The notes beneath the pieces were generated by a model that saw only the letters and a program-made list of their open reading frames with translations, was not told the DNA's origin and did no database searches. A DNA stretch of 55,982 nt from a virus (Duplodnaviria; Caudoviricetes). Shown in pieces: positions 8,808 through 18,732 of this stretch; positions within the stretch are counted from its first letter, which is position 1, and the number at the start of each line of letters is the position of its first letter. The DNA is taken from the IMG/VR virus record IMGVR_UViG_3300046467_002171, positions 1 to 55,982 of that record. One strand, written 5' to 3'. A program made the translations under genes and the position numbers.

Positions 8808-11264
8808 ATGGCTACTGATCCTCTTGTATCGCTGATGGAGCGACGGAACAATAACCCGGACATAGAAGATATGGCTCTCGATATTGAAATCGAGCAGCCC
8901 GGAACCTTATTTCCTTCTGCGGACGCAATTCCGGAGGGGATTGAGATAGAGGAAGAGGAAGACGGCGGGGTTACTATTGATCTAGACCCAAGCGCTTCCA
9001 GAGAGAGGGGTTCTGAAAACTTTTTCGATAATCTGGCAGAAGAACTGAATGACCGTGAATTGGGGGCTATTGCTAACGAATTAACGGCAGAGTTTGAGGC
9101 CAACAAAACGTCGCGTGGGGATTGGGAAGATGCCTATGCCAACGGATTGGAACTGTTGGGCTTTCATTACGAGGAGCGGACGCAGCCGTTCCGTGGTGCA
9201 ACCGGCGTTACCCATCCTTTATTGGCGGAAGCGGCCACGCAATTTCAGGCACAGGCGTTTAATGAAATGCTGCCCCCTGGTGGACCTGTAAGAACGGTCA
9301 TTTTGGGGGATTTAACCACAGAGAAGGAACAGCAGTCTCGGCGTGTGCAGGAGTTTATGAATTACTACCTCACGAATGTAATGGAGGAGTACACGCCGGA
9401 ATTTGATCAAATGCTTTTTTATCTGCCTTTGGCGGGTTCCACTTTTAAAAAGGTGTATTACGACGAGTCAATGGAACGTGCGGTCAGCAGTTTCGTTCCG
9501 GCGGAACACCTTGTTGTTCCTTTTGAAGCGAGTGATCTCGAAACTTGCTCAAATATTACGCAGGTGGTTAGAACACCTCTTAACGATTTGCGTAAAAAAC
9601 AAATTTCGGGTTTTTATCGAGACATTCCGGTCCATCCTGCGCAATCTGAAAGCTCTAGTATATCCAAGGAGTTGGAATATCTTGAAGGCGTTCACCCCTC
9701 AACTATCGACTATGATTGTACGTTGCTGGAATGCCATGTGAATTTGGATCTGCCGGGGTATGAAGAACTCGGAGAGGATGGAGAACCCACCGGAATAAAG
9801 GTCCCCTATATCGTTACCATTAGTGAAGATAATGGACAGGTATTATCTATTCGTCGGAATTATCAGGAAGACGACCCTCAGAAGAAGAAGATCCGGTATT
9901 TTGTACATTACAAGTTTCTGCCGGGCTTTGGTTTCTATGGGCTGGGCCTGATCCATACGATTGGTGGCTTGTCCCGCACCGCTACGGCTGCACTGCGTCA
10001 GCTTATTGACGCAGGTACGCTATCGAACCTTCCCGCAGGATTCAAGGCTCGTGGTCTACGGATCCGTGATGACGAGGAGCCGTTACAGCCTGGAGAGTTT
10101 CGAGATGTGGATGCGCCGGGGGGAGCCATTCGGGACAGTTTGATGCCGTTGCCTTTTAAAGGGCCGGATTCCACGCTGTTTCAGCTTTTAGGTTTTGTAG
10201 TTGAAGCGGGACAGCGATTTGCCACGATTACGGATTTGAAGGTTGGGGACGGCAACCAAGGTGCGGCAGTTGGTACGACGATTGCCATGTTGGAGCAGGG
10301 TACTCGTGTGATGAGTGCGGTGCATAAACGAATGCACTATGCCATGCGGCAGGAATTCAAACTTCTGGCGCGGGTCATGGCGGATTATTTACCACCGGAA
10401 TATCCTTATGCGGTTGTAAATGCTAATCGAGACGTTAAGGCGAAGGATTTTGACGATCGGGTGGATATTTTACCCGTATCCAACCCCAATGTTTTTTCTC
10501 AGGCACAACGGGTCACGCTGGCGCAAACACAAATGCAGCTTGCTACGCAGGCTCCAGAAATGCACAACCTGCATGAGGCGTTTCGGCGCATGTATGAGGC
10601 GTTGGGGGTACGGGATATTGACAAGTTATTAAACACCCCTTCCACGGACGAACCAGAGCCTAAAGATCCCGCACAAGAGAATATTGATGCGTTGGAAAAT
10701 ACGGATTTAAAGGCCTTTGGGGGACAGGACCACGATGCCCATATTATGGCGCATTTAATTTTCGGTACTTCTGGGATTGTGCAGGGAATGCCTGCGGTAG
10801 CCATTTCTTTACAGAAGCACGTTATGGAACATGCCAAGCTCAAGGCGCAGGAACAGGCGCAAATTGTGTTCACGCAACAGCGAGAAGCTGCGGGTCAGCA
10901 GGGACAAGTTGATGAGGGAGAAGCACAATATGAAATGGAAGCATTAACCGCGCAGCTAATTGCACAGGAAATGCAGAATCTGAAGGTTATGAGTGATCAA
11001 ATTGCGAACATGGGACAACCGGAAGGCCCTGATCCGTTGGTCGCGTTAAAAGAGCAGGAACTGGCGATCAAGGGTCAGAAGAGTCAGGCGGATATTTCTC
11101 AGGATCAAGCCGAATTGCAGCTTGATCAAACCAAGGAAGCTCGCAAGGCCCAGGAATTTCAACAACGTCTCGCGAGTCAGGAGGGCCAAACGAAAGCCCG
11201 TATTGATGCTGCTCGTGAGCGTGAGATAATTCGTTTACAGCAGCAAGCCAATAGAGGGCAATAA
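8808..11264 (+). CDS. Portal protein (long, P22-like, with C-terminal coiled-coil barrel)
   Basis: Position after TerL; HPLLAEAATQFQA, GSTFKKVYYD, LIDAGTLSNLP; Q/E-rich helical C-terminus. Confidence 0.9.
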   Translation: MATDPLVSLMERRNNNPDIEDMALDIEIEQPGTLFPSADAIPEGIEIEEEEDGGVTIDLDPSASRERGSENFFDNLAEELNDRELGAIANELTAEFEANKTSRGDWEDAYANGLELLGFHYEERTQPFRGATGVTHPLLAEAATQFQAQAFNEMLPPGGPVRTVILGDLTTEKEQQSRRVQEFMNYYLTNVMEEYTPEFDQMLFYLPLAGSTFKKVYYDESMERAVSSFVPAEHLVVPFEASDLETCSNITQVVRTPLNDLRKKQISGFYRDIPVHPAQSESSSISKELEYLEGVHPSTIDYDCTLLECHVNLDLPGYEELGEDGEPTGIKVPYIVTISEDNGQVLSIRRNYQEDDPQKKKIRYFVHYKFLPGFGFYGLGLIHTIGGLSRTATAALRQLIDAGTLSNLPAGFKARGLRIRDDEEPLQPGEFRDVDAPGGAIRDSLMPLPFKGPDSTLFQLLGFVVEAGQRFATITDLKVGDGNQGAAVGTTIAMLEQGTRVMSAVHKRMHYAMRQEFKLLARVMADYLPPEYPYAVVNANRDVKAKDFDDRVDILPVSNPNVFSQAQRVTLAQTQMQLATQAPEMHNLHEAFRRMYEALGVRDIDKLLNTPSTDEPEPKDPAQENIDALENTDLKAFGGQDHDAHIMAHLIFGTSGIVQGMPAVAISLQKHVMEHAKLKAQEQAQIVFTQQREAAGQQGQVDEGEAQYEMEALTAQLIAQEMQNLKVMSDQIANMGQPEGPDPLVALKEQELAIKGQKSQADISQDQAELQLDQTKEARKAQEFQQRLASQEGQTKARIDAAREREIIRLQQQANRGQ

Positions 11265-11265
11265 C

Positions 11266-11466
11266 ATGGGTGTAGTAAAAATTATTAGTGGTCCGGTAGA
11301 AGCGCCAAAACCACAAAACAAGGCAGTTATTCAAGGTCAGGGCAGTATTCCTTATGCCAAGGCCACCCAAGAAAAAACGCCGAATATAGGGAAAGCTGAA
11401 ATCACGGTAGGCAAAAAACGTGGTATGGGTGCCGCACAACGCGGCGGTCGCTTCACGATGGCATAG
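11266..11466 (+). CDS. Small basic virion-associated protein
   Basis: Directly after portal; KKRGMGAAQRGG C-terminus. Confidence 0.7.
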   Translation: MGVVKIISGPVEAPKPQNKAVIQGQGSIPYAKATQEKTPNIGKAEITVGKKRGMGAAQRGGRFTMA

Positions 11467-11468
11467 CC

Positions 11469-11630
11469 ATGCCGCTTAAACATGGTTCCAGTGATCAGAC
11501 TGTCAGTACCAATATTCGACGGCTGATGGATGAGGGCTATCCACAGGAAAAGGCCCTAGCTATTGCGATGCGTAGCGCCGGTAAACGTCGTGAGAAAAAA
11601 GATAAGCCTAGAAAAAGGAAGCGCACATGA
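11469..11630 (+). CDS. Small basic protein, 53 aa (MPLKHGSSDQTVSTNIRRLMDEGYPQEKALAIAMRSAGK...), missing from the ORF track
   Basis: Translated by hand; fills the gap and overlaps the holin start (ATGA); resembles the common MPLKKG-type phage family. Confidence 0.75.
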   Translation: MPLKHGSSDQTVSTNIRRLMDEGYPQEKALAIAMRSAGKRREKKDKPRKRKRT

Positions 11631-12010
11631 TTCCATTAATCGAGGCTGGTTTGAGAATTATTGATAAAATAATCCCCGACCCTACAGCAAAGGCCGAAGC
11701 CACGCGAAAATTGCTAGAAATTCAGCAGGCGGGAGAACTCGCAGATGTTGAAGCCGCAATGAATGTCGTCGTCGCGGAAGCCAAAAGCGAACATGCTCTA
11801 ACGAGCCAATGGCGTCCTATCACGATGCTAGTTTTTACTGCTATCGTCGCGAACAATTACATTGTTGCCCCCTATTTAGCAGCTATATTTGGTTGGAGCG
11901 TCACGTTAGAGATGCCAGACCAACTATGGAATTTACTCAGTATCGGTATCGGTGGCTATGTCGTCGGCAGAAGTTCTGAAAAAGCTATTAAGAACTGGAA
12001 AGGCACCTAA
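11627..12010 (+). CDS. Holin (3TM / GTA-holin type)
   Basis: IDKIIPDP, WRP, hydrophobic helices, GYVVGRS.EK; next to endolysin. Confidence 0.8.
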   Translation: MIPLIEAGLRIIDKIIPDPTAKAEATRKLLEIQQAGELADVEAAMNVVVAEAKSEHALTSQWRPITMLVFTAIVANNYIVAPYLAAIFGWSVTLEMPDQLWNLLSIGIGGYVVGRSSEKAIKNWKGT

Positions 12011-12012
12011 AG

Positions 12013-12531
12013 TTGAAGGGCAATTTTGATCAATGTTTGAGACAGGTTTTAGAGCATGAGGGGGGATATGTAAATCATCCCGAAGATCCCGGTGGTCGTA
12101 CCAACATGGGCATTACACAAGCGGTTTATGAAAAACACTTGGGGCGTCCTGTAACAGAAAAAGACATGAGAGAAATCCCGTTTGAACACGTCAAAGAGAT
12201 TTACAAGGAAAAATATTGGGACAAGGTGTGTGGAGAAGAGTTGCCCGAAGGTTTAGATTTTAGTGTTTTTGACTGGGCCGTGAACTCTGGGCCGTCAAGA
12301 GCGGTTAAAACCTTACAAAGGATAATAAAAGTTTCACAGGACGGCGCTATTGGCCCCATTACGTTAAAAGCAATTGGGGCTATCAGTCCCGGTTATTTGA
12401 TCCATAAGTACGGGTCAGAAAGAGAAAGGTTTTACAGGCAGTTATCCACGTTTGCCACCTTTGGAGAAGGTTGGTTAAATCGGTTGGATAGGACGCAGAA
12501 AAAGTCCTATGAAATGATGTGCGAAGTATAA
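12013..12531 (+). CDS. Endolysin, glycoside hydrolase family 108 with peptidoglycan-binding domain
   Basis: HEGGYVNHPEDPGGRTNMGIT; FDWAVNSG; DGAIGP.T; FGEGWLNR; TTG start. Confidence 0.9.
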   Translation: MKGNFDQCLRQVLEHEGGYVNHPEDPGGRTNMGITQAVYEKHLGRPVTEKDMREIPFEHVKEIYKEKYWDKVCGEELPEGLDFSVFDWAVNSGPSRAVKTLQRIIKVSQDGAIGPITLKAIGAISPGYLIHKYGSERERFYRQLSTFATFGEGWLNRLDRTQKKSYEMMCEV

Positions 12532-13176
12532 ATGAACGAACAACAAATAGAAGCAAGCGTATTAGCCCCCTTTGGCCCTCGCATTTTAAAAGCAAAAGTT
12601 CCTTCAGATATGTTGGATACGCTTAATGCTCATTGCGACGAAATTTTGGAAATAGAGGGCCGGGAAGAATTAAGCCTTTCCAAAGATTTAGTAGGACACG
12701 TGCGGGAAGAATGGGCTTGCGATCTGGAGAAGGCACCCGATTTTGGAAATATGCTATTCATACTTACCAAAGGTTTGTATGACCATTTTATTAACGAGCG
12801 TAAGGAAAAACAAACAGCAATTCCGGAGAATTTAGTTGTCCATAAAAGCTGGTTTGTTCGCGCCTTTGAGAACGATTACAACCCGGCGCATATGCACACA
12901 AGCGGGAGTTATTCCTGTGTACTGTATCTAAAGGTTCCCGAAAATATTTCAGACACCAACCACAAGCATGTTGATAAACAAGTGACGGAAGGATATTTGG
13001 ATTTTATTTACGGGACTTCGCTGGTGTGTTGTGCTGGTAACCTATGCCTTAAACCTGAAGTAGGTGACCTTTATATTTTCCCTGCTTATTTATTTCACGC
13101 GGCATATCCCTTTTATGGGGAAGGTGAACGTCGATCCTTCTCTGCTAATATGTCTTTAGGGGTAAAAAAGGAATGA
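12532..13176 (+). CDS. 2OG-Fe(II) oxygenase-like protein
   Basis: YNPAHMH, SCVLYLKVP, FPAYLFH, RRSFSAN. Confidence 0.8.
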   Translation: MNEQQIEASVLAPFGPRILKAKVPSDMLDTLNAHCDEILEIEGREELSLSKDLVGHVREEWACDLEKAPDFGNMLFILTKGLYDHFINERKEKQTAIPENLVVHKSWFVRAFENDYNPAHMHTSGSYSCVLYLKVPENISDTNHKHVDKQVTEGYLDFIYGTSLVCCAGNLCLKPEVGDLYIFPAYLFHAAYPFYGEGERRSFSANMSLGVKKE

Positions 13177-13370
13177 ACTCCTTTGATATTGTTCAGTTCA
13201 TACAACGGGCGATTAAGGAACGAAAGACGATTGTTCTGGATGTTTTGGAAAATAATGGTATAAAATCTATAGAACAATACCGAGAACTTATGGGTGAATT
13301 AAACGCCCTTAATTTTGTTTTACAGGAACTCTCGGGCCTGCTAGAAAAACAGGAACAATTAGATGACTGA
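13173..13370 (+). CDS. Conserved hypothetical protein
   Basis: Overlapping start/stop with both neighbours; EQYRELMGELNAL. Confidence 0.75.
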   Translation: MNSFDIVQFIQRAIKERKTIVLDVLENNGIKSIEQYRELMGELNALNFVLQELSGLLEKQEQLDD

Positions 13371-13782
13371 AGCTGCTCAAAATGTAGAAAACCTGTACGT
13401 TAAAGAAGATGGACGCGTACTGGACCCAACTCTTCTTGACAATACTCTTTTGGAAAGAATGCCCAACCCTACTGGTTGGAGGCTACTTATTCTTCCTTAC
13501 CGTGGAAAAGGTACGACCGACGGAGGTATTCACCTACCGGACAAAATCCTTGAAGAAGGCCAAATACAAACGGTTGTCGCCTATGTCATAAAACAGGGTC
13601 CTTTAGCTTATAGGGATAAAGAAAAATTTCCTGACGGAGCTTGGTGCAAGGAAAAGGACTGGATCATTCTTGCTAGGTACGCGGGGTCCAGACTTCGAAT
13701 AGAAGGGGGCGAGGTTCGCATCATTAATGATGATGAAGTTTTAGCCACTATTCTTGACCCAGATGACATTATTAATCTTTAA
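13363..13782 (+). CDS. groES: GroES-like co-chaperonin
   Basis: PTGWRLLI, TDGGIHLP mobile loop, GPLAY, RYAG, RIINDDEVLA. Confidence 0.85.
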   Translation: MTEAAQNVENLYVKEDGRVLDPTLLDNTLLERMPNPTGWRLLILPYRGKGTTDGGIHLPDKILEEGQIQTVVAYVIKQGPLAYRDKEKFPDGAWCKEKDWIILARYAGSRLRIEGGEVRIINDDEVLATILDPDDIINL

Positions 13783-13794
13783 GAGAGAGCAGTT

Positions 13795-14739
13795 ATGGCA
13801 GCAGCACAACAAACAGTAGCAGAGACGACGGATAAACAAGTTCCTCTTGACTTTGATGAGGACGCACCGGATGTGGAGGTATCTCTTGAAAGTCCTGCGT
13901 TGGCGGAGGAGATAAGTGACGCGGAAGTTATTGAAGTCCGTGAAGTTGAAGAAAAAACCGAGCAAGAAGAGTACACCACCACGGTTCAAAAACGCATTGA
14001 TCGTTTAACAAAGAAAATGAGGGAAGCCGAAAGGCAACGAGAAGAGGCCCTAAAATACGCCCAAAACGTCCAAACCGAATCAAACGATCTTAAAGCGCGT
14101 ATGCAGCAGTTGGATCAAGGTTATGTGTCGGAATACGGCAGTCGCATTAATGCGGAACAGCAGCAGGCCGAAGGGGAATTAAGAAAAGCGGTAGAGCTAG
14201 GTGATGTGGACGCTACCGTAGCGGCCCAAAAAACCATGACACAGTTGGCTGTTGCACAAGATCGTTATGAGCAGGCCAAAGCTCAACAAGAGCAACAGGT
14301 CGCACAGGAAGCTGCGTATACCCAGCAATTAGCGCAACAAAACCAAGCCAATTATGCTCAACCGCCCGCCGCTGCGCCCGCCGCTGCGCCCCCAACTGAC
14401 CCGAAAGCGGAAAAATGGGCCGCTCGTAATGAATGGTTTGGGCAGGATGAGGCTATGACCTTTGCGGCTTTTGGTATTCATAAAAAAATGGTGGAAAGTG
14501 AAGGATTTGACCCGCAGAGCGATGACTACTATAGTGAACTTGATGAGCGGTTACAGACAGAGTTTCCGCAAAAAATTAATGGGACCAGCAGACGAGCCGC
14601 CCAGACCGTTGCTGGAGTGTCCCGTTCTTCTTCGTCAGGGCGCGGAAAGAAAAAAGTTAGACTCACCCCTAGCCAGGTAACTATTGCTAAAAAATTGGGT
14701 GTGCCGCTTGAAGAATACGCGAAATACGTGAAGGAGTAG
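13795..14739 (+). CDS. Capsid scaffolding protein
   Basis: Acidic N-terminus, coiled coil VQKRIDRLT, C-terminal AKKLGVPLEEYAKY; upstream of capsid genes. Confidence 0.7.
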   Translation: MAAAQQTVAETTDKQVPLDFDEDAPDVEVSLESPALAEEISDAEVIEVREVEEKTEQEEYTTTVQKRIDRLTKKMREAERQREEALKYAQNVQTESNDLKARMQQLDQGYVSEYGSRINAEQQQAEGELRKAVELGDVDATVAAQKTMTQLAVAQDRYEQAKAQQEQQVAQEAAYTQQLAQQNQANYAQPPAAAPAAAPPTDPKAEKWAARNEWFGQDEAMTFAAFGIHKKMVESEGFDPQSDDYYSELDERLQTEFPQKINGTSRRAAQTVAGVSRSSSSGRGKKKVRLTPSQVTIAKKLGVPLEEYAKYVKE

Positions 14740-14742
14740 AAA

Positions 14743-15234
14743 ATGACTAAAGAAGTAGAGACAGACCGCTTCGAAGGCATTGATCGTTCTCCTCGCGCAA
14801 AAAAGACAAGGGAAGAAACGGCGCAGCGTAAGCCGTGGGCTCCCCCCACCATGTTGGACGCACCACCTGCACCAGAAGGATATAAACATCGTTGGATAAG
14901 AGCCGAAGTACGTGGTTTTGATGATCGTCAAAACATTTCAGCACGTCTTCGTGAAGGCTATGAATTTGTCCGAAAAGATGAATATCCTGATTTTGAAGCT
15001 CCGGTTATGGAGTCGGGTCGCTATGAAGGTGTATTTGGCGTTGGTGGATTGATTCTCGCGAGGATTCCACTGGAAACAGTGCAGGAACGTACTGATTATT
15101 TTGCGGCTAAAAGCCAAGATTTAATGGACGCAGTCGATCATGACATGATGCGTGAGAATGCTCATTCAACAATGACGATTGATAAACCAAATCGTCAAAC
15201 TCGTGTAACTTTTGGCGGTCCACGGAAATCGTGA
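14743..15234 (+). CDS. Conserved head-module protein
   Basis: AAGGAG RBS; WAPPTMLDAPPAPEGYKHRWIR; between scaffold and capsid. Confidence 0.75.
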   Translation: MTKEVETDRFEGIDRSPRAKKTREETAQRKPWAPPTMLDAPPAPEGYKHRWIRAEVRGFDDRQNISARLREGYEFVRKDEYPDFEAPVMESGRYEGVFGVGGLILARIPLETVQERTDYFAAKSQDLMDAVDHDMMRENAHSTMTIDKPNRQTRVTFGGPRKS

Positions 15235-15260
15235 ACTGCTCCCTTTAGGAGTAAGAACCA

Positions 15261-15905
15261 ATGGCTAATACTTATTCTGCAATGGGGCTACAACCCATTG
15301 CTAAATTAGGTCAAAGCACTAACTCCACGGGTATCACAGGCTACACTCCTTATGAAATTGCCAACGGCAACACCACCGCCATCTACCACGGCTCTCCAGT
15401 TATTCCCCTTTCTACGGGGTATATTTCACTGGTAGGCGCTGCGGCGGGCGGAACGGTTAGCTTAGTAGGCGCTTTTGTGGGGTGTGAGTATGTATCTAGC
15501 ACTACCTCGAAAACCATTTGGTCAAATTATTGGCCGGGTTCCGGGGCAGACAGCAACTATCCTGTAAAGGCTTTTGTCGCTGATGATCCAAACCAATTAT
15601 TCGTAATTGGGACGGACGCATCGTGGACAAATAAAGCCACAGCAAGAGCGGCTGTCTTTGCTAATGCAAACTTTAGCAGTGGCACTAGTGGGTCCACGAA
15701 AACAGGTCGTTCCACCGCAGCACTTGCAATCAGTACCATCGCAACTACCGCAGCCTTGCAGTTAAGAATTATGGGTTGGGTAGAAGATGATTCTGATGCA
15801 GATTTTTCTGCGGCGGGAATTAAGGCCATCGTAAGGTTGAACAACAGCTTTAACTCACCGGAAGGGAGTATTGCTGCTGGGACACCTTCGACAACAGGCG
15901 TTTAG
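15261..15905 (+). CDS. Putative capsid decoration/cement protein
   Basis: Small-residue-rich beta protein immediately upstream of the MCP. Confidence 0.6.
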   Translation: MANTYSAMGLQPIAKLGQSTNSTGITGYTPYEIANGNTTAIYHGSPVIPLSTGYISLVGAAAGGTVSLVGAFVGCEYVSSTTSKTIWSNYWPGSGADSNYPVKAFVADDPNQLFVIGTDASWTNKATARAAVFANANFSSGTSGSTKTGRSTAALAISTIATTAALQLRIMGWVEDDSDADFSAAGIKAIVRLNNSFNSPEGSIAAGTPSTTGV

Positions 15906-15916
15906 GAGGGTTTGAT

Positions 15917-16822
15917 ATGGCTATTTCTCGCGCACAACTCGCGAAAGAGCTGGAACCCGGCCTTAATGCCTTGTTCGGGCTCGAATACGACCGGTATGAC
16001 AAAGAACATACCGCAATCTACGAAGAAGAATCTTCAGATCGTGCATTTGAAGAGGAAGTAATGCTTGCCGGTTTCGGAACGGCTCCGGTAAAAGGTGAGG
16101 GCAGTGCAATTTCATTCGATGACGCGCAGGAAACATATACTGCTCGTTATACGCATGACACCATTGCGCTTGCGTTTAGCATTACGGAAGAGGCTATCGA
16201 AGATAACCTGTATGACCGTTTGGCTTCTCGGTATACCCGCGCTTTAGCACGTTCAATGTCACAAACGAAGCAGGTTAAAGCTGCTGCGGTTTTGAACAAT
16301 GCTTTTGACACGGGGTACCCTGTCGGAGATGGCGCAGCTCTTTGCTCGTCCGCACATCCGTCCCTTACCGGTAATCAGCGTAATTTGCTGTCTACCGCAG
16401 CAGATCTCAACGAAACTTCTCTTGAGCAGATGCTGATTGATATTGCCGGATTGACGGATGAGCGCGGTTTGAAGGTTGCGGTTCGGGGAATGAAATTGCT
16501 TATTCCAAAGGAACTGCAATTTATATCCGAGCGAGTGCTTAACTCAACCCTACGTGCAGGAACGGCGGACAATGACATCAACGCCATGAAATCCATGGGG
16601 ATGCTGCCCGAAGGGGCCTATGTCAACCATTTCCTGACTGATACGGATGCGTTTTTCATTAAAACGGATGCGCCAAACGGCTTTAAGCTGTTTCAGCGTA
16701 CGCCAATCCGTACCGCGATGGAGGGGGACTTCGATACTGGGAACATGCGTTTTAAGGCACGAGAGCGTTATAGCTTTGGTGTTTCTGACTGGCGCGGTGT
16801 TTTCGGTACGCCCGGAGCGTAG
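15917..16822 (+). CDS. Major capsid protein (Mu gpT-like HK97 fold)
   Basis: MAISRAQLAKELEPGLNALFGLEY N-terminus; AFSITEEAIEDNLY; KARERYSFG; strong AGGAGG RBS; downstream terminator. Confidence 0.9.
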   Translation: MAISRAQLAKELEPGLNALFGLEYDRYDKEHTAIYEEESSDRAFEEEVMLAGFGTAPVKGEGSAISFDDAQETYTARYTHDTIALAFSITEEAIEDNLYDRLASRYTRALARSMSQTKQVKAAAVLNNAFDTGYPVGDGAALCSSAHPSLTGNQRNLLSTAADLNETSLEQMLIDIAGLTDERGLKVAVRGMKLLIPKELQFISERVLNSTLRAGTADNDINAMKSMGMLPEGAYVNHFLTDTDAFFIKTDAPNGFKLFQRTPIRTAMEGDFDTGNMRFKARERYSFGVSDWRGVFGTPGA

Positions 16823-16841
16823 TTCTTCGTTCTGAAGGAAT

Positions 16842-16874
16842 AGAGGGGTGGCTTGTGTCGCCCCTCTGCTTTTA
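16842..16874 (+). terminator. Intrinsic terminator after the MCP
   Basis: AGAGGGGTGGC-TTGT-GTCGCCCCTCT followed by GCTTTTAT. Confidence 0.7.
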
Positions 16875-16875
16875 T

Positions 16876-16951
16876 CTGGGAAAAATTAGCCCTAGCGACT
16901 GTCCCAGCAGACGCTTACCAAGACTCTAGGGCAAAACCTTTGGTAAGGAGG
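16876..16951 (+). ncRNA. Structured cis-regulatory RNA downstream of the MCP (possibly Mu-gpT-DE-like)
   Basis: Three crossing helices: CTGGGA/TCCCAG, GCCCTAG/CTAGGGC, CTTACCAA/TTGGTAAG; the last overlaps SD AAGGAGG. Confidence 0.6.
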
Positions 16952-16958
16952 TAATAAA

Positions 16959-17465
16959 GTGGCTAAAACTACTTTTGCAGGTCCCGTTCGATCTCTCGCA
17001 GGATTCATTAATGCAGGCTCAACGGGTGCTGTCAGCCTAACGGCTGATACGACTTTGACCGTTGCATCTCACGCAGGAAGACTACTACTGACTAATGACG
17101 CTGATGGCAAATTCACGTTGCCTTCTATTGACGTTACAACTCCCGGTGATCCGACAGATCCCAATCAACTCAACAATCTTGGTGCAACCTTCACTTTTTT
17201 AGTGATTACCGCAGCTACGGATATGGATATTTTGACCGATGGAACGGACAAGTTCGTTGGTGGACTTTATCTTGGTAAGAGTGATGCAGCAGGCAAGACT
17301 TTTATGTCTGGTGGATCGAATGATGTCATCACGATGAATGGCACTACCAAGGGCGGTATTGTTGGTACGGTAGTTACATGTTACGCGGCAGCTAGTGCAA
17401 AATACGTTGTTAGTGGAATTGCCCTTGCTTCCGGTACAGTAGTTACTCCGTTTGCTGACGCATAA
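16959..17465 (+). CDS. Virion structural protein (head fibre/decoration-like)
   Basis: GTG start with AAGGAGG; MAKTTFAGPVRS; G/A/T-rich. Confidence 0.7.
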   Translation: MAKTTFAGPVRSLAGFINAGSTGAVSLTADTTLTVASHAGRLLLTNDADGKFTLPSIDVTTPGDPTDPNQLNNLGATFTFLVITAATDMDILTDGTDKFVGGLYLGKSDAAGKTFMSGGSNDVITMNGTTKGGIVGTVVTCYAAASAKYVVSGIALASGTVVTPFADA

Positions 17466-17476
17466 AGGAGTATCAA

Positions 17477-17887
17477 ATGGCAGATTCAGTAAATGTATCG
17501 ACCATTATTGATGGTCCTCGTAAGGCAGTATTTTACCTCACTAATGTTAGTGACAGTACGGGCGAATCTGCTGTCACGAAGATAGATGTAAGTGCTTTAA
17601 GCACCAGTGCAGACGGAGACGCCTGCACTGGTGTTCGTATTGAAAGCCTTTCTTTTTCTACTATTGGAATGAGTGTCCAATTGCTTTGGAATGCTACAAC
17701 TAATCGTTTAGCAATAGAACTTCCAGCCAATTATAGTGATTCTTTTGATTTTTCCGCCTTTAGCGGTCTTCCAAATTATTCCGGTTCTGGGAAAAATGGA
17801 GATGTGCTATTAACCACAGTAGGAGCGGGAAGCGGCGAGACGTATACTTTAACGATTACCTGTCTTAAAGAATATACGGCTTTGTAA
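17477..17887 (+). CDS. Virion structural protein
   Basis: AAGGAG RBS; beta-rich; within the structural operon. Confidence 0.7.
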   Translation: MADSVNVSTIIDGPRKAVFYLTNVSDSTGESAVTKIDVSALSTSADGDACTGVRIESLSFSTIGMSVQLLWNATTNRLAIELPANYSDSFDFSAFSGLPNYSGSGKNGDVLLTTVGAGSGETYTLTITCLKEYTAL

Positions 17888-17907
17888 GCGTTACGGGCTG
17901 AGCTTTT

Positions 17908-18147
17908 ATGCGTATGCAAGACGAAGCTCCAAAGATGCCTAAAGATTTGGAGGAAATGCGGGCGCAGTTTTATCATTACGCCATACAGCAACATTACATA
18001 TTGGATAAAGTAAACCAACTGGAACCTGACGTTAAAGATATAAAACGTACTTTGTTCCAGATAAAATGGTTTTTGCTTGGCGGCGTAGTGATATTGCTGT
18101 CTCAACAAACAGGAATATGGCCCTTTATAGCTGCAATGCTTAAATGA
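17908..18147 (+). CDS. Small coiled-coil plus single-TM membrane protein
   Basis: IKWFLLGGVVILL hydrophobic C-terminus after a coiled segment. Confidence 0.6.
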   Translation: MRMQDEAPKMPKDLEEMRAQFYHYAIQQHYILDKVNQLEPDVKDIKRTLFQIKWFLLGGVVILLSQQTGIWPFIAAMLK

Positions 18148-18150
18148 ATC

Positions 18151-18732
18151 ATGGTCAAGAAGTACAATGCATCATATCTCGGGCTTGAAAAGGAGATATG
18201 CAACGAAATTCGTGATTGGTCTGCATATGCCTTAGAAGAGAAAAGCCCCCGCTATAATGACTTTTCTCCGTGCCCCTATGCCAAAAAAGCATGGGAAGAC
18301 AATAAAGTTTCTATTGTTTTTAAGTATTCCGCGTCTTACCAACCCCTTTACAATTTAATTTCTTTATTCGAGGACAACACCTCGGATGTTGTTCTTCTTG
18401 TGGACTTGGAATACCCCAATTCAGAGTATTTTCATACGCATTTGTTTGAATTAAACGACGCTATCGCTGATGGAGACTTTGGTGATAGGGATCTCTGGCT
18501 AATGGGGTTTCATCCGGAAGACGAAGCAAATGAATTAATCGATGACGGGACTTTTGAGCCTCACGTAGAGACCACCTATGCCCTGATTTTTATTCAACGG
18601 TTGGGTAAATTACAGGAGGCGTCTGAAAAATTGTCTAGTCTTGGGTATTACGACAGGTATACTGGGAATTATGATATTTCTAGCATTCGAGAAAAAAGGT
18701 CCGAATTGTACGGGAGACTAAAAAATGGATGA
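18151..18732 (+). CDS. Hypothetical protein (DUF1415-like CPYA...FHP motifs)
   Basis: PCPYAKKAW and GFHPED motifs. Confidence 0.55.
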   Translation: MVKKYNASYLGLEKEICNEIRDWSAYALEEKSPRYNDFSPCPYAKKAWEDNKVSIVFKYSASYQPLYNLISLFEDNTSDVVLLVDLEYPNSEYFHTHLFELNDAIADGDFGDRDLWLMGFHPEDEANELIDDGTFEPHVETTYALIFIQRLGKLQEASEKLSSLGYYDRYTGNYDISSIREKRSELYGRLKNG

